A DNA stretch of 46,021 nucleotides, taken from a virus. Its lineage: Duplodnaviria; Caudoviricetes. Shown here piece after piece: positions 18,430 to 27,338 of this stretch. The position numbers were made by a program, and so were the translations under genes. Position 1 is the stretch's first letter, and the number at the start of each line of letters is the position of its first letter. The notes under the pieces were generated by a model. It was given only the letters and a program-made list of their open reading frames with translations, ran no database searches and had not been told where the DNA came from. The stretch is from IMG/VR virus record IMGVR_UViG_3300010366_000004, positions 1 to 46,021 of that record; one strand, 5' to 3'.

Positions 18430-19331
18430 CCACCCTCAACTACCTGGTCAACCAGGTGACCTCGCGCGCCCTGTCGGGGATGCGGGAGGAAGAGGCCGAG
18501 CTGTACCAGGACATGGACGATCAGGTCGAGATCGTGCACCTCCCGCCCGGCATCCCCCGCAGGTCGATGGAGCCGGGCGCCACCATCCAGGTCGACTACG
18601 AGCTGATGCGGATCATCTCGATTCTCGACCCGGCCACCCTCTCGGTGGAACGGGCCCTGCTCAACTCCGTCGCCACCGCCCACGCGGCCGGGGCCACCAT
18701 CGTGGTCAACCCCCGGTTCCCGGCCGTGGACGTGGTGAGCGCCATCAACGAGGACATCGACGACCTGTCGGCTCCCACCAACGGCCTGTTCCAGATGCAG
18801 ACCGCCACCGTGATCTTCAACCCGGCCGTCACCGGCTACGACCTGGGCGTCCCCCCGGGCCAGGTGATTGAGGCCTGGGAAGTGCGGGCCTGGGACTACG
18901 GATCCCAGCAGGCGTGGCCATTGATTGCGCCCACGTATTGGAAGCTCGACATGGGGGCGGACCCGAAGGTCTTCCCGTCAGGGGTCTCGATCAAGATCTA
19001 CCGGGACGCCTTCCCGGGGCGGCCGGTCCGCATTCAGTACAAGGCTCCGTACTCCACCCCGCTCGTAGACCCAACCGATGATGTGGAGCTGACCACTGGC
19101 CTCCATAGCCAGGCGCACGACATCCCCGTCCTGGGTGCGGCTTATCGCCTCATGCAGTTTCGAGAGATCAAACGTACCTTCACCGAGGCGCAGGGTGAGC
19201 CCCGGCGGGCATCCGAAGTCCCAGTCGGCTCCAGCCTCACCGGGCTCAAGGGGATCCAGGCTCACCGCACCGACCGTATCAACGCCGAGCGGGAGCGGCT
19301 GAACAAGATCTACAAGCGGGCCAGGCGCTGA
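18426..19331 (+). CDS. Head-tail adaptor / tail tubular protein A-like
   Basis: GTGA overlap; position before the nozzle; ATAHAAGATIVVNPRFP...SAINE motif. Confidence 0.6.
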   Translation: MTTLNYLVNQVTSRALSGMREEEAELYQDMDDQVEIVHLPPGIPRRSMEPGATIQVDYELMRIISILDPATLSVERALLNSVATAHAAGATIVVNPRFPAVDVVSAINEDIDDLSAPTNGLFQMQTATVIFNPAVTGYDLGVPPGQVIEAWEVRAWDYGSQQAWPLIAPTYWKLDMGADPKVFPSGVSIKIYRDAFPGRPVRIQYKAPYSTPLVDPTDDVELTTGLHSQAHDIPVLGAAYRLMQFREIKRTFTEAQGEPRRASEVPVGSSLTGLKGIQAHRTDRINAERERLNKIYKRARR

Positions 19332-21233
19332 ATGGCCCTGCTTCTGCGTTGGGCCCCGTTCTATGGACACGCGCCGTCCATGGCCAGCTACTTCAGTGGG
19401 TCATCCTCGGCCACCGATCTGGTGCCCGACCTGTACCACTGCAGCATCGCCGGCCGTCCCTACATGGTCGACTTCAGCCAGCCGTTCTATCGCCAGTACC
19501 GCCGGCAGATCGCCCAGATCATGCGGACCCAGGCCGACGCCTCCACCAATCCCGGGGAGCAGTCGCTCGACCCCAACGCCATGTGGCGCCGGTCGTTCGA
19601 GGGCTGGGATCTCGGGTGCGATCAGAACTTCGCGGACCGCAAGGACAGCCAGCCCAACCGGTACCGCGACAGCAAGGGCGTCGACACTCTGACCACCAAG
19701 TGGCAGATCTCCCTGCTGCCTGACACCACGGTGTTCCGGGCCTCCACCCGCTCCAACCTGAAGGTGCGCGAGGCCAACGGCTACATCTACGTGGCCGACG
19801 GCAACAACCTGTACTTCACCCCCCGGCCGACTCCCGGCATCGCCTGGACCCCGGCGTGGACCACGGTGGCGGGCACCCCGGCCAACCTCATCACCGGCAT
19901 GGCCACCGACGGTTACAACATCTGGGTGGCCATGGGCCCGGGTGGGATCTGGCACACCATCGCCGGGTCGACGGGAGCGGCCGACAACTACGTGACCGGG
20001 GCGCTGTCGAACGCGGCGGTGGTGTCGTACATGAACGGCCGGCTGATGGTGGCTGACGGTAACAAGCTCTACAACATCGTCGCCGCCGGGGTGGCCCTGC
20101 CTGCCCCGCTGTTCACCGCCGGCAACCCCTCTTTCGTCTTCAACACTTTCGCCGAGGGCAAGAACGCCATCTATGTCGGGGGCAACGCCGGAGACCGCAG
20201 CTACATCTACGGCATGACCGTCACCTCCGACGGCCTCGCCCTGGGGGCTCCGGTGGTGCAGGGCCAGCTGGCTCCGGGCGAGATCTGCTATGCGTTGTAC
20301 GGCTTCCTCGACTTCTTGATGGTGGGCACGTCGCTGGGGGCCCGCATGTGCACCACCGACGCCAGCGGCTCGATCAGCCTGGGCACCCTCATCCCCACCC
20401 CCAACCCGGTGATGACCTTCATGGGCTGGGATCGGTTCTGCTACTTCGGCTGGACCGGCTATGACGGCACCTCCACTGGGCTGGGCAAGATGGACCTGCA
20501 GAACCATGTGGTCCCCGGGCTGTTGCCGGCGGTGGCGTCGGATCTGATGGCCCCCGGCGGCGGGGTGGTCAGCTCGGTGTGGGTCCAGCCCGGCTACGTC
20601 CTCTTCGCCGTCAACGGCGCCGGTTTCTACGCCTCCGACCCCAACCATCTGGTGTCGACGGGCTACGTCGACAGCGGCCTGATCTTCTACGACCTCACCG
20701 ACCCGAAGACCGCGGCCCAGCTCGACGTGTCCGGACCGATCAGCGCCGGCTCGTACTCAGCGGCCCTGGCGGTCAACGGCGGGAACTTCACCACCATCGG
20801 CACCCACAAGGTGGGCCAGCCTGAGCCGGTCACCTTCGGGGTGGGGCCGCGCACCGGGCAGTCCTTCGAGGTGCGCCTGACCCTCAACCGCGATCCGGTG
20901 TTCCCCAACACCGGCCCGGTGCTCACTCGCTGGACCCTGCGGGCCTATCCCGCCCCCCACCGCCCGCTCACCTGGCAGGTCCCGCTCATCCTCAACGAGG
21001 TGGTGGTGAACCTCACCGATGGCGAGGACTCCTACGACCCGCTGTCCGAGCTGGTGGCCCTGGAGGGCATCGCCAACCTGGGCCAGATGGTCACCTACCA
21101 GGAGGGCCCCTACAGCTACCCGGTGTTCCTCACCGACGTGGCCTTCTATCCCGACTACCCGACCCGGGACCGGCACTTCTTTAACGGCATGTGCCTGGTC
21201 ACGCTCCAAGGTCTACCCCCCGGAGGGCAGTGA
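19332..21233 (+). CDS. Tail nozzle / tubular protein B-like (beta-propeller), 633 aa
   Basis: Beta-rich, WRRSFEGWDLG and RYRDSKGVD motifs, size and position. Confidence 0.65.
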   Translation: MALLLRWAPFYGHAPSMASYFSGSSSATDLVPDLYHCSIAGRPYMVDFSQPFYRQYRRQIAQIMRTQADASTNPGEQSLDPNAMWRRSFEGWDLGCDQNFADRKDSQPNRYRDSKGVDTLTTKWQISLLPDTTVFRASTRSNLKVREANGYIYVADGNNLYFTPRPTPGIAWTPAWTTVAGTPANLITGMATDGYNIWVAMGPGGIWHTIAGSTGAADNYVTGALSNAAVVSYMNGRLMVADGNKLYNIVAAGVALPAPLFTAGNPSFVFNTFAEGKNAIYVGGNAGDRSYIYGMTVTSDGLALGAPVVQGQLAPGEICYALYGFLDFLMVGTSLGARMCTTDASGSISLGTLIPTPNPVMTFMGWDRFCYFGWTGYDGTSTGLGKMDLQNHVVPGLLPAVASDLMAPGGGVVSSVWVQPGYVLFAVNGAGFYASDPNHLVSTGYVDSGLIFYDLTDPKTAAQLDVSGPISAGSYSAALAVNGGNFTTIGTHKVGQPEPVTFGVGPRTGQSFEVRLTLNRDPVFPNTGPVLTRWTLRAYPAPHRPLTWQVPLILNEVVVNLTDGEDSYDPLSELVALEGIANLGQMVTYQEGPYSYPVFLTDVAFYPDYPTRDRHFFNGMCLVTLQGLPPGGQ

Positions 21234-22351
21234 TGACCGACCTCATAACTCCGTTGGTGTCCGCCCCGTTGCAGCGCATGTCCCATGCCGGCGCGGCGGT
21301 GCCCACCACGTTGGTGGGACAGATGAACCCCGGCGACCTGACCTGCGTCATCGCCGGCACCTCAGGCTGGCCGACCGGGGGAGCGGCGGGCCCGTTTCTG
21401 ATCGTCATCGACGCCGGCTCCGGCAGCGAGGAGAAGATCCTCTGTTCGGCTCAGACCGGTGGCAACATCACCGTGGCCAGTGGAGGCCGGGGCTTCGACA
21501 ACACGGCCCAGTACCTGCACAGCGCCGGGGCCCCGGTCGAGCACGTGGCCGGGGCGTGCGAGCTGGACGACGCCAACGCCCACATCTACGACACGTCACG
21601 TGATGACCCGTCCCATTCCAAGTACCCGCTGGTGTCGGGGGCGCGACCGTTCACTGGGCTGCAGGCGTTTAACGCCGGCCTGAATGCCACCGGTCCGGTC
21701 GGCCTCACCGGTCCGGTCACCGTCACCGGCAACGAGACCGTGTCGGGCACGCTGTCAGCGGGTAGCACGGCCACCGCTCAGGCTCTGGTGGCCACCCTGT
21801 CAGGCGCCAACGGACGATTCGTCGGCGGCGGGGTCAGCGGTCCCCCGACTGGCGGGCCCTACAACGTTGGTGACTTCATCGTCAACCAGGACGGGACCGT
21901 CTACATCTGCATCACCGCCGGCTCTCCGGGTACCTGGAAGTCGCCACCCAAGGGCTACATCGCTGAGTTCCAGGGGCCGTCGGTGCAGACTGACTGCTCC
22001 TCAGCCACCACCAATCTCATCGCGATCTCGTTCCCCGTGATCAATGGACGGCGCTACCGGGTCGTCCCGACGGCCAACGCCTCTCAGATCACTGCGGTCG
22101 GCAGTCCCCGCGCCTATCTCGGTTCCATCACTGGGCCCATAGCCCTGGATCCACCCGGCAACATCTACGTCTTCTTCTGGCCCACCACGCCCAACACGGG
22201 CTGGAACATCTACCAGCAGACCCATCTCTACTTCACCGCTAGTGGCAACGGGACGGCCACGATGCAGCTCCAGGCGAGCACCACCGCCGGGGCTCTGCGG
22301 TTTGGGGCCAACGGTTCCCAGGTCGTCGTGGAAGACATCGGCACCACCTAA
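21233..22351 (+). CDS. Tail fibre / receptor-binding protein
   Basis: VIDAGSGSEEKI...RGFDNTAQYLHSAGAPVEH anchor; PTGGPYNVGDFIV...CITAGSPGTW module; C-terminal third has lower GC3. Confidence 0.7.
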   Translation: MTDLITPLVSAPLQRMSHAGAAVPTTLVGQMNPGDLTCVIAGTSGWPTGGAAGPFLIVIDAGSGSEEKILCSAQTGGNITVASGGRGFDNTAQYLHSAGAPVEHVAGACELDDANAHIYDTSRDDPSHSKYPLVSGARPFTGLQAFNAGLNATGPVGLTGPVTVTGNETVSGTLSAGSTATAQALVATLSGANGRFVGGGVSGPPTGGPYNVGDFIVNQDGTVYICITAGSPGTWKSPPKGYIAEFQGPSVQTDCSSATTNLIAISFPVINGRRYRVVPTANASQITAVGSPRAYLGSITGPIALDPPGNIYVFFWPTTPNTGWNIYQQTHLYFTASGNGTATMQLQASTTAGALRFGANGSQVVVEDIGTT

Positions 22352-22360
22352 AGGAGATTC

Positions 22361-22696
22361 ATGAGCTACCAGTCTCAGGCCCAGCTCGCAGGCGACCCCC
22401 TTTTCCAGGGGCGGTCCACGTCCTGCGCCATGCAGCAGGCCGACACCTACATCAACGACCAGCGTCCCAACTTCGTGGCTGTGGCCGAAGCGGTCCTACG
22501 CGACGAGTCCACCGTCACCCTGACCTTCACCAGGCTGAACGCCGCTGCTCCGGGCGCGGCCGAGAAGGTCGACAACGGCGACGGCACCATCAGCCAGGAG
22601 AACGTCAGCGACGGGGATCTCCTGGCTGCCACCCAAGCCAACTGGCAGGTGGTGGCTGGCCTGTACTTCAACGAGGACGGGACACCCAAGACGTGA
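22361..22696 (+). CDS. Hypothetical protein (possible fibre chaperone)
   Basis: AAGGAG SD; directly follows the fibre gene. Confidence 0.6.
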   Translation: MSYQSQAQLAGDPLFQGRSTSCAMQQADTYINDQRPNFVAVAEAVLRDESTVTLTFTRLNAAAPGAAEKVDNGDGTISQENVSDGDLLAATQANWQVVAGLYFNEDGTPKT

Positions 22697-22896
22697 CCGT
22701 CATCTGGCCACCTCCCGCCGCCGATATACCGGACGAGGGCGAAGACCCCCAGAGCAATCTGCTGCCCAACCCCGAGGACTTGAAGGCCATGAGCCGGGAG
22801 GAACGTCGGGAGATCTTCAGGCTCATCGAGAGCTGGGAAGGCCCGCTGGTGGAATGGGTCCGCCAGGAGATCCGCAAGCTGGACGGTGGAGCATGA
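22693..22896 (+). CDS. Hypothetical protein
   Basis: Coupled at both ends. Confidence 0.55.
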   Translation: MTVIWPPPAADIPDEGEDPQSNLLPNPEDLKAMSREERREIFRLIESWEGPLVEWVRQEIRKLDGGA

Positions 22897-23690
22897 CCCT
22901 CAAGCGGGTGGCGATCCCTTCGCCCAACTACAGCTCCCGGGGTGGCAGCGCGGTGCGATTGATCGTGCTGCACACCGCCGAGGGAGCCACCACCTATCAA
23001 TCACTGGGCAACTACTTCGCCAACCCGGGCGCTCAGGTCAGCTCCCACGTGGGGATTGATGACACCCCCAACACGGTGGGCGAGTACGTGCAGCGGGCCG
23101 GCAAGGCGTGGACCGCGGCCAACGCCAACCCCTACTCGATCCAGGCCGAGCTGTGCGCCTTTGCCGAGTGGGACCCGGCGACGTGGAATCAGCATCCGAT
23201 CATGCTGCAGAACACCGCGGCGTGGATTGCGGAGGAGGCGGCTGTATTTGGAATCCCTATCGTCAAGCTCACCGCCGCCCAGGCCCAGGATGGCCGTTCC
23301 CGCGGTGTATGCCAGCACGTCGACCTCGGGGCGGCGGGCGGCGGTCACTGGGACTGCGGCCCCAACTTCCCCATCGACTCGGTACTCGCCATGGCCTCGG
23401 GTAGTGCAGGGCCGGCGCCCACCCCATCCCCCGGATCCACCACGAAGGGTAGGACCATGATCGCCAGCACATCCACCGGCAAGGGGTACTGGACCGCCAC
23501 CTACGACGGGGCCGTGTATGCCTTCGGTGACGCCAAGTACGTCGACAACGTGTACGGGAAGATGGACCCGAAGACCTCCATCGTCGGGATCGCCGGCAAG
23601 GGCAACGACGGCTACTGGATGCTGGCCTCCGACGGTGGCATCTTCGCCTTCGGGTCAGCCGCCTATGCCGGGAGGCCGGACCGAGTCTGA
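22893..23690 (+). CDS. Endolysin, N-acetylmuramoyl-L-alanine amidase (Amidase_2) with GYW-repeat C-terminal domain
   Basis: IVLHTAEG, SSHVGID, AWTA..AN, QAELC, CQHVD, HWDCG; GYWTATYDGAVYAFGDA / GYWMLASDGGIFAFGSA repeats. Confidence 0.88.
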   Translation: MTLKRVAIPSPNYSSRGGSAVRLIVLHTAEGATTYQSLGNYFANPGAQVSSHVGIDDTPNTVGEYVQRAGKAWTAANANPYSIQAELCAFAEWDPATWNQHPIMLQNTAAWIAEEAAVFGIPIVKLTAAQAQDGRSRGVCQHVDLGAAGGGHWDCGPNFPIDSVLAMASGSAGPAPTPSPGSTTKGRTMIASTSTGKGYWTATYDGAVYAFGDAKYVDNVYGKMDPKTSIVGIAGKGNDGYWMLASDGGIFAFGSAAYAGRPDRV

Positions 23691-23881
23691 TGCCATGGCG
23701 GATCAAACGGCTCTGGTACTTCATCCTCCTGGGCGGGGCGTGCATCAGCCTCGGCCTGGTGGTCCTCTACCGGGACCGGTTCGGGGACACCCGGATGCTC
23801 GCCGCTGCCGCCATCGTCGGCGGGGTGGCCATGATTCTCAACGCCCTGCCGTCCGACGGCGGGGACGAGGGTGGCCCATGA
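23690..23881 (+). CDS. Holin-like two-TM protein
   Basis: Two TM segments directly after the endolysin. Confidence 0.6.
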   Translation: MPWRIKRLWYFILLGGACISLGLVVLYRDRFGDTRMLAAAAIVGGVAMILNALPSDGGDEGGP

Positions 23882-23990
23882 ACGGCGCCAACGCCTCGCC
23901 ATGGTCCTCGTCTTCGTGGCCATCGTGGCCGGCGGAGGCGCCCTGGTCGAACTCATCTATCTCGCCGTGCGTTGGGCGCTAGGAGGCTGA
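23871..23990 (+). CDS. 39-aa membrane peptide (MAHERRQRLAMVLVFVAIVAGGGALVELIYLAVRWALGG)
   Basis: Translated by hand; basic N-terminus plus hydrophobic span; fills the gap in the lysis cassette. Confidence 0.5.
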   Translation: MAHERRQRLAMVLVFVAIVAGGGALVELIYLAVRWALGG

Positions 23991-23991
23991 C

Positions 23992-24399
23992 GTGCAAGCA
24001 CCCGTAACCCGAGGGCGGCTGGGGGCCCGGTCGGTCAACTCACTGGGGCTGGTCGGCGCGCCCCAGGTCATCAACAACCTGCCCCTGGTGGTCGACCTCC
24101 AGGCCTACGAGGGCGACGACCTGTTCGTGGACATCACCGTCAACAACCCCGACGGCTCGCCCACCGATCTGTCCCATGCCACCGTCACCGCCCAGGTCCG
24201 CACCTCTCCCAACGCCCTCGACATCCTGGCCAACTTCGAGGTGGTGGTGGCCTCCAACCAGATCCACCTGCAGCTGCCCAGCGCCCAGTCCCAGCTCCTG
24301 ATCCTCCAGACCGCGTGGGACTGCCAGATGTCCATCGCCGGGGTGGTCACGACCCTGGCCGCGGGAACCATCTACTCCACTCCTGACGTGACGAGGTGA
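23992..24399 (+). CDS. Tail/baseplate-associated beta-sandwich protein (BppU-N-like)
   Basis: AGGAGG SD; DLQAYEGDD...NPDGSPTDLSHATVTAQVR...WDCQM...TLAAG pattern. Confidence 0.55.
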   Translation: MQAPVTRGRLGARSVNSLGLVGAPQVINNLPLVVDLQAYEGDDLFVDITVNNPDGSPTDLSHATVTAQVRTSPNALDILANFEVVVASNQIHLQLPSAQSQLLILQTAWDCQMSIAGVVTTLAAGTIYSTPDVTR

Positions 24400-24402
24400 C
24401 GT

Positions 24403-24759
24403 ATGCCTGATGTCGCCAACGCCTCCCTGGACGCCGCCCAGCAGGCCATCCTGGCCCCGGGCACCCAGTACTGGCTGTCGGTCCACTCCGCCGATCCGGG
24501 GGGCACAGGAGCCGCTGAGGGCCCCGATGGTCGCCAACCAATCCACTTCGCGGCGTCGAGCGCCGGCAGCCAGCAATCGACCGACGCCCAGACCTGGCCC
24601 ACGGTGGTGGGTGGGACCACCTACTCGAACTTCGGGGTGTGGACCGCGGCCAGCGCCGGCACCTACCTGCGGGGTGGGCAGCTGGCCCTGACGGTGGTGC
24701 CCCCGCCCGGTACCCAGCTCCAGTTCGCTCCGGGCGCGGTCGTCGTCAAAGCCGCATGA
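24403..24759 (+). CDS. Actinophage-type minor tail/fibre protein
   Basis: LSVHSADPGGTG..E...RQPI.F...FGVWTAASAGTYL pattern; GAGG SD. Confidence 0.6.
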   Translation: MPDVANASLDAAQQAILAPGTQYWLSVHSADPGGTGAAEGPDGRQPIHFAASSAGSQQSTDAQTWPTVVGGTTYSNFGVWTAASAGTYLRGGQLALTVVPPPGTQLQFAPGAVVVKAA

Positions 24760-25175
24760 TCCTCCGCTTCGCCCCGTACTACGGCCACAAGGCCTCGGGG
24801 GTCGACTTCTACCGGGGTGTCACCACCCAGGCCCAGAGCGCCCTGGCGGTGATGAACTTCTCCGGTCAGGCCTCGATGTTGGTCAACAGCGTGGGCCAGG
24901 GCATCGGGGTGATGAACTTCAACGGGGCGGCCATCATGGTCATGGGTCTGCGGGCCCACGGCCAGGGATCCATGACCTTCTCGGGACTGGCCACCGCCTG
25001 GTGGGTGCCGCCCTACTGCGTGACCGTCACCACGGGCCGGGCCCGACCGCTGGTCACGGTGACCGGCCGGGCGTCCCATCGGGTCAGCGTGGCGGGTCGC
25101 CCGGGCCCGGTGGCCACGGTGACCGGCCGGCCTCCATATCGAATAACGGTGAAGTCAGGAAAGTTGCCCTGCTGA
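24756..25175 (+). CDS. Repeat-containing structural protein, 139 aa
   Basis: ATGA overlap; three M(N/T)FxG repeats then about five VTVTGR-like repeats. Confidence 0.5.
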   Translation: MILRFAPYYGHKASGVDFYRGVTTQAQSALAVMNFSGQASMLVNSVGQGIGVMNFNGAAIMVMGLRAHGQGSMTFSGLATAWWVPPYCVTVTTGRARPLVTVTGRASHRVSVAGRPGPVATVTGRPPYRITVKSGKLPC

Positions 25176-25308
25176 CGTCGATCACGTAGGCCTGGCCATC
25201 GGTCAGCCCTCGATGCTTGCCCGGCATGACCCAGGCGTGGCTGGGGTTCTCGCAATAGGCGATGACGGTGTAGAGCTTGCCGGCTACGGCGATGTGTTCG
25301 TCGCTCAC
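25084..25308 (-). CDS. Hypothetical protein (MSDEHIAV...)
   Basis: GTGA overlap with the upstream gene; overlaps the convergent + gene by 92 nt. Confidence 0.4.
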   Translation of the reverse strand: MSDEHIAVAGKLYTVIAYCENPSHAWVMPGKHRGLTDGQAYVIDVSRATFLTSPLFDMEAGRSPWPPGPGDPPR

Positions 25309-25487
25309 GGTTCTGGCCCAAGTGGATAGAACACCTCGCCGTGGAAGTGGCACAAGTAGACCGGGTGGGAGTCAGGACCGTCTGGGCGCCACTCGATCTG
25401 GGCCAGCCTCCGGCAGGGTGGTTCGTCGGGAACGATGTCGTCAACCGTGCAGAGTTGCAGATCACTGTGAACGAACGGCCAGCTCAT
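25305..25487 (-). CDS. Hypothetical Cys/His protein
   Basis: Coupled ORF. Confidence 0.5.
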   Translation of the reverse strand: MSWPFVHSDLQLCTVDDIVPDEPPCRRLAQIEWRPDGPDSHPVYLCHFHGEVFYPLGPEP

Positions 25488-25645
25488 TCTGCGACCTCCG
25501 ATTCTTGAACGCGAGCCGCTGCCTGTCCGTTGTTGACGCCGTGGTCGTACGCCTCGTTCTTGGCGGGATCATCCCAGGTCATCCCCACGCTCAGATCGTG
25601 GGGCGATTCGAGGCCGTCCTGATAGCCAATCTCGTAGGGCGTCAT
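25484..25645 (-). CDS. Hypothetical protein, 53 aa (YxxGY motifs)
   Basis: GAGGAGG SD; ATGA overlap. Confidence 0.55.
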   Translation of the reverse strand: MTPYEIGYQDGLESPHDLSVGMTWDDPAKNEAYDHGVNNGQAAARVQESEVAE

Positions 25646-26301
25646 GCCGATTCCTCCTCTGGCAGTTCGTCGCCCCACGCATCCCAACCAGGGGCGCGCT
25701 CGCGGGCGAACAGTTCTAGATACGGTCCGTCATAGAGCCGCTCGATTCGATGGCGTGTCTCGTCAGGTTTACGAGAGTGCTTGCCGACTGGCGCCTCGAT
25801 GATCTGATGGACGCCAGCATCCTTGCGGGTCAGCCCTTTACCCTTCGCCCCGATCAGGCACAGCTCGGCGTTCGCTCGCGTATAGAAACCCATCCCCCAA
25901 AAGAGCGAGGAGGTCCGTAGGTTCTGTTTGACCCATACGAAACCGATTGTCTTGTAGGTGAACCCCCACTCGCTCATCAGCGCCAGAGCCTGCGGCAGCT
26001 TCGGGCCTGTCGCCCACATGAATAACAGGGCGTTGTCGGCGCTCCATTCCTGGACGGGAATAGAGGCGAGAGCGGTTACGTCGACACGCCCCGATCTGGT
26101 GGGACGCGGTGCGGAGAGCGTTGCGTATTCCTTCTCAACCGCCCTGGCCGAACCACGATTAACGAGTGGCGACTGCGACCATCCCCACGGCGGGTCGGCA
26201 TAGATGACGGGGTACGCCGCGCTAGACAGTGGTAGGTCGAATGCGAAGGTTCTGACGGTTGGCTGGTCCAGCCCCAGGTCCGAAAGTGAGTTACTTGTCA
26301 T
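25642..26301 (-). CDS. MT-A70 family adenine methyltransferase
   Basis: VIYADPPW, LFMWAT, WGFTYKT.FVWVK, GMGFYTRANAE, HSRKP, LELFAR...GWDAWGDE. Confidence 0.92.
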   Translation of the reverse strand: MTSNSLSDLGLDQPTVRTFAFDLPLSSAAYPVIYADPPWGWSQSPLVNRGSARAVEKEYATLSAPRPTRSGRVDVTALASIPVQEWSADNALLFMWATGPKLPQALALMSEWGFTYKTIGFVWVKQNLRTSSLFWGMGFYTRANAELCLIGAKGKGLTRKDAGVHQIIEAPVGKHSRKPDETRHRIERLYDGPYLELFARERAPGWDAWGDELPEEESA

Positions 26302-26482
26302 CGATCACCTCTTGAACCTCTTGGAGCCATAGCACGGTGTGACGGGGGTCCTGGCGCCAGCCTCCACAAATGACACACGGATAGGGCTCGGCACCATGAA
26401 GGATCACGTCGACCGTGTACCGATGCGGGAGTGACGCCTCCAGCGCGGCCATCAGGTCTCTAGGCTCCTCTTCCCCTACCAT
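26291..26482 (-). CDS. 63-aa protein with DLMAALEASL motif and CxxC
   Basis: GGAGGAG SD before ATG 26482. Confidence 0.5.
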   Translation of the reverse strand: MVGEEEPRDLMAALEASLPHRYTVDVILHGAEPYPCVICGGWRQDPRHTVLWLQEVQEVIDDK

Positions 26483-26676
26483 CCCGGCTCCTCCGGTTTG
26501 ATGACGATGCGGAACGGCCCGCCGGCCAGGGCCCAGTAGACCCGGGCGCCCAGCTCGTAGTACTCCGCGAACTGGTGCCACCACCGCGACCGTGGCCCCC
26601 ACACCGGCACCGCGTTCAACAGCCAGATCGGCTCCTCGCCGCGGTGGAGGCTACGGCTCTGCAGTGATCGGCTCAC
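26476..26676 (-). CDS. Hypothetical protein
   Basis: Coupled ORF. Confidence 0.5.
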   Translation of the reverse strand: MSRSLQSRSLHRGEEPIWLLNAVPVWGPRSRWWHQFAEYYELGARVYWALAGGPFRIVIKPEEPGW

Positions 26677-27011
26677 GGCATGATCTCGTGGAGATGGAAG
26701 GTGGTGTCATGCACGGCCACGAACTCATCTTCGGGAGGCAGGATCATGGCGATGGGAAGATCGGCCGGCATCAGCTCGTAGCGGGCATGGGAGATCTCAT
26801 CCCAGTGGGGATACCGGGTCAGTCTCTGGCGGTGGTCACGGAACGAGATGGACAGGTGCCAGCCGGCGGGCTCGTGGCCCACGATGGCCATCAGTACCCC
26901 GTCGTTCACCCGGCGCTGGTACACCTTGGCCTCCACCCCCAGGATCAGCTGCGTGTCCACCTCCACCCACGGGGACCGCTGCCGGGTGAGCGGCTTACCG
27001 GGCGTGGTCAT
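26673..27011 (-). CDS. Conserved phage hypothetical protein (WHLSIS...RYPxWDE...LPP...H..xFHL family)
   Basis: Recognisable motif pattern. Confidence 0.7.
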   Translation of the reverse strand: MTTPGKPLTRQRSPWVEVDTQLILGVEAKVYQRRVNDGVLMAIVGHEPAGWHLSISFRDHRQRLTRYPHWDEISHARYELMPADLPIAMILPPEDEFVAVHDTTFHLHEIMP

Positions 27012-27204
27012 TGCCGAACCACTGAGTCAACCGGGCCTGGGCCAGGAGGGCGTGAGCGATGGCCATCAGGCCGATGGTTACGCGGCTGGCATCGCTGTGA
27101 TGCACCGTCTCGGGATCAGTGAAGTACGTCATCAGGATCTCGGCGCTGGCCATGTGATCCTTGGCCAGCTGGAATGGAGTCTTCGGGGGATTCAGCGCGG
27201 TCAC
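26995..27204 (-). CDS. Hypothetical protein
   Basis: AAGGAG SD; GTGA overlap. Confidence 0.5.
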   Translation of the reverse strand: MTALNPPKTPFQLAKDHMASAEILMTYFTDPETVHHSDASRVTIGLMAIAHALLAQARLTQWFGNDHAR

Positions 27205-27338
27205 TTCCGACTCCTTCGCACCAGCCCCGCCCCGAGGGCGACCAGGGCCACCGCCAGAGTGAGGTCCAGCGCGGTGTAGCTCCCGGTCAGGGCGAGGCCG
27301 CTGGGCGCCGGCACCCCGATGGTCGTGGTGGTGGTCAT
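27201..27338 (-). CDS. 45-aa peptide resembling a stand-alone LAXTG sortase sorting signal
   Basis: GGAGG SD; LALTG, hydrophobic span, RRSRK tail. Confidence 0.55.
   Translation of the reverse strand: MTTTTTIGVPAPSGLALTGSYTALDLTLAVALVALGAGLVRRSRK

Noticed and set aside
21233-22351. Diversity-generating retroelement acting on the fibre
   Set aside because: No reverse transcriptase and no template/variable repeat pair seen
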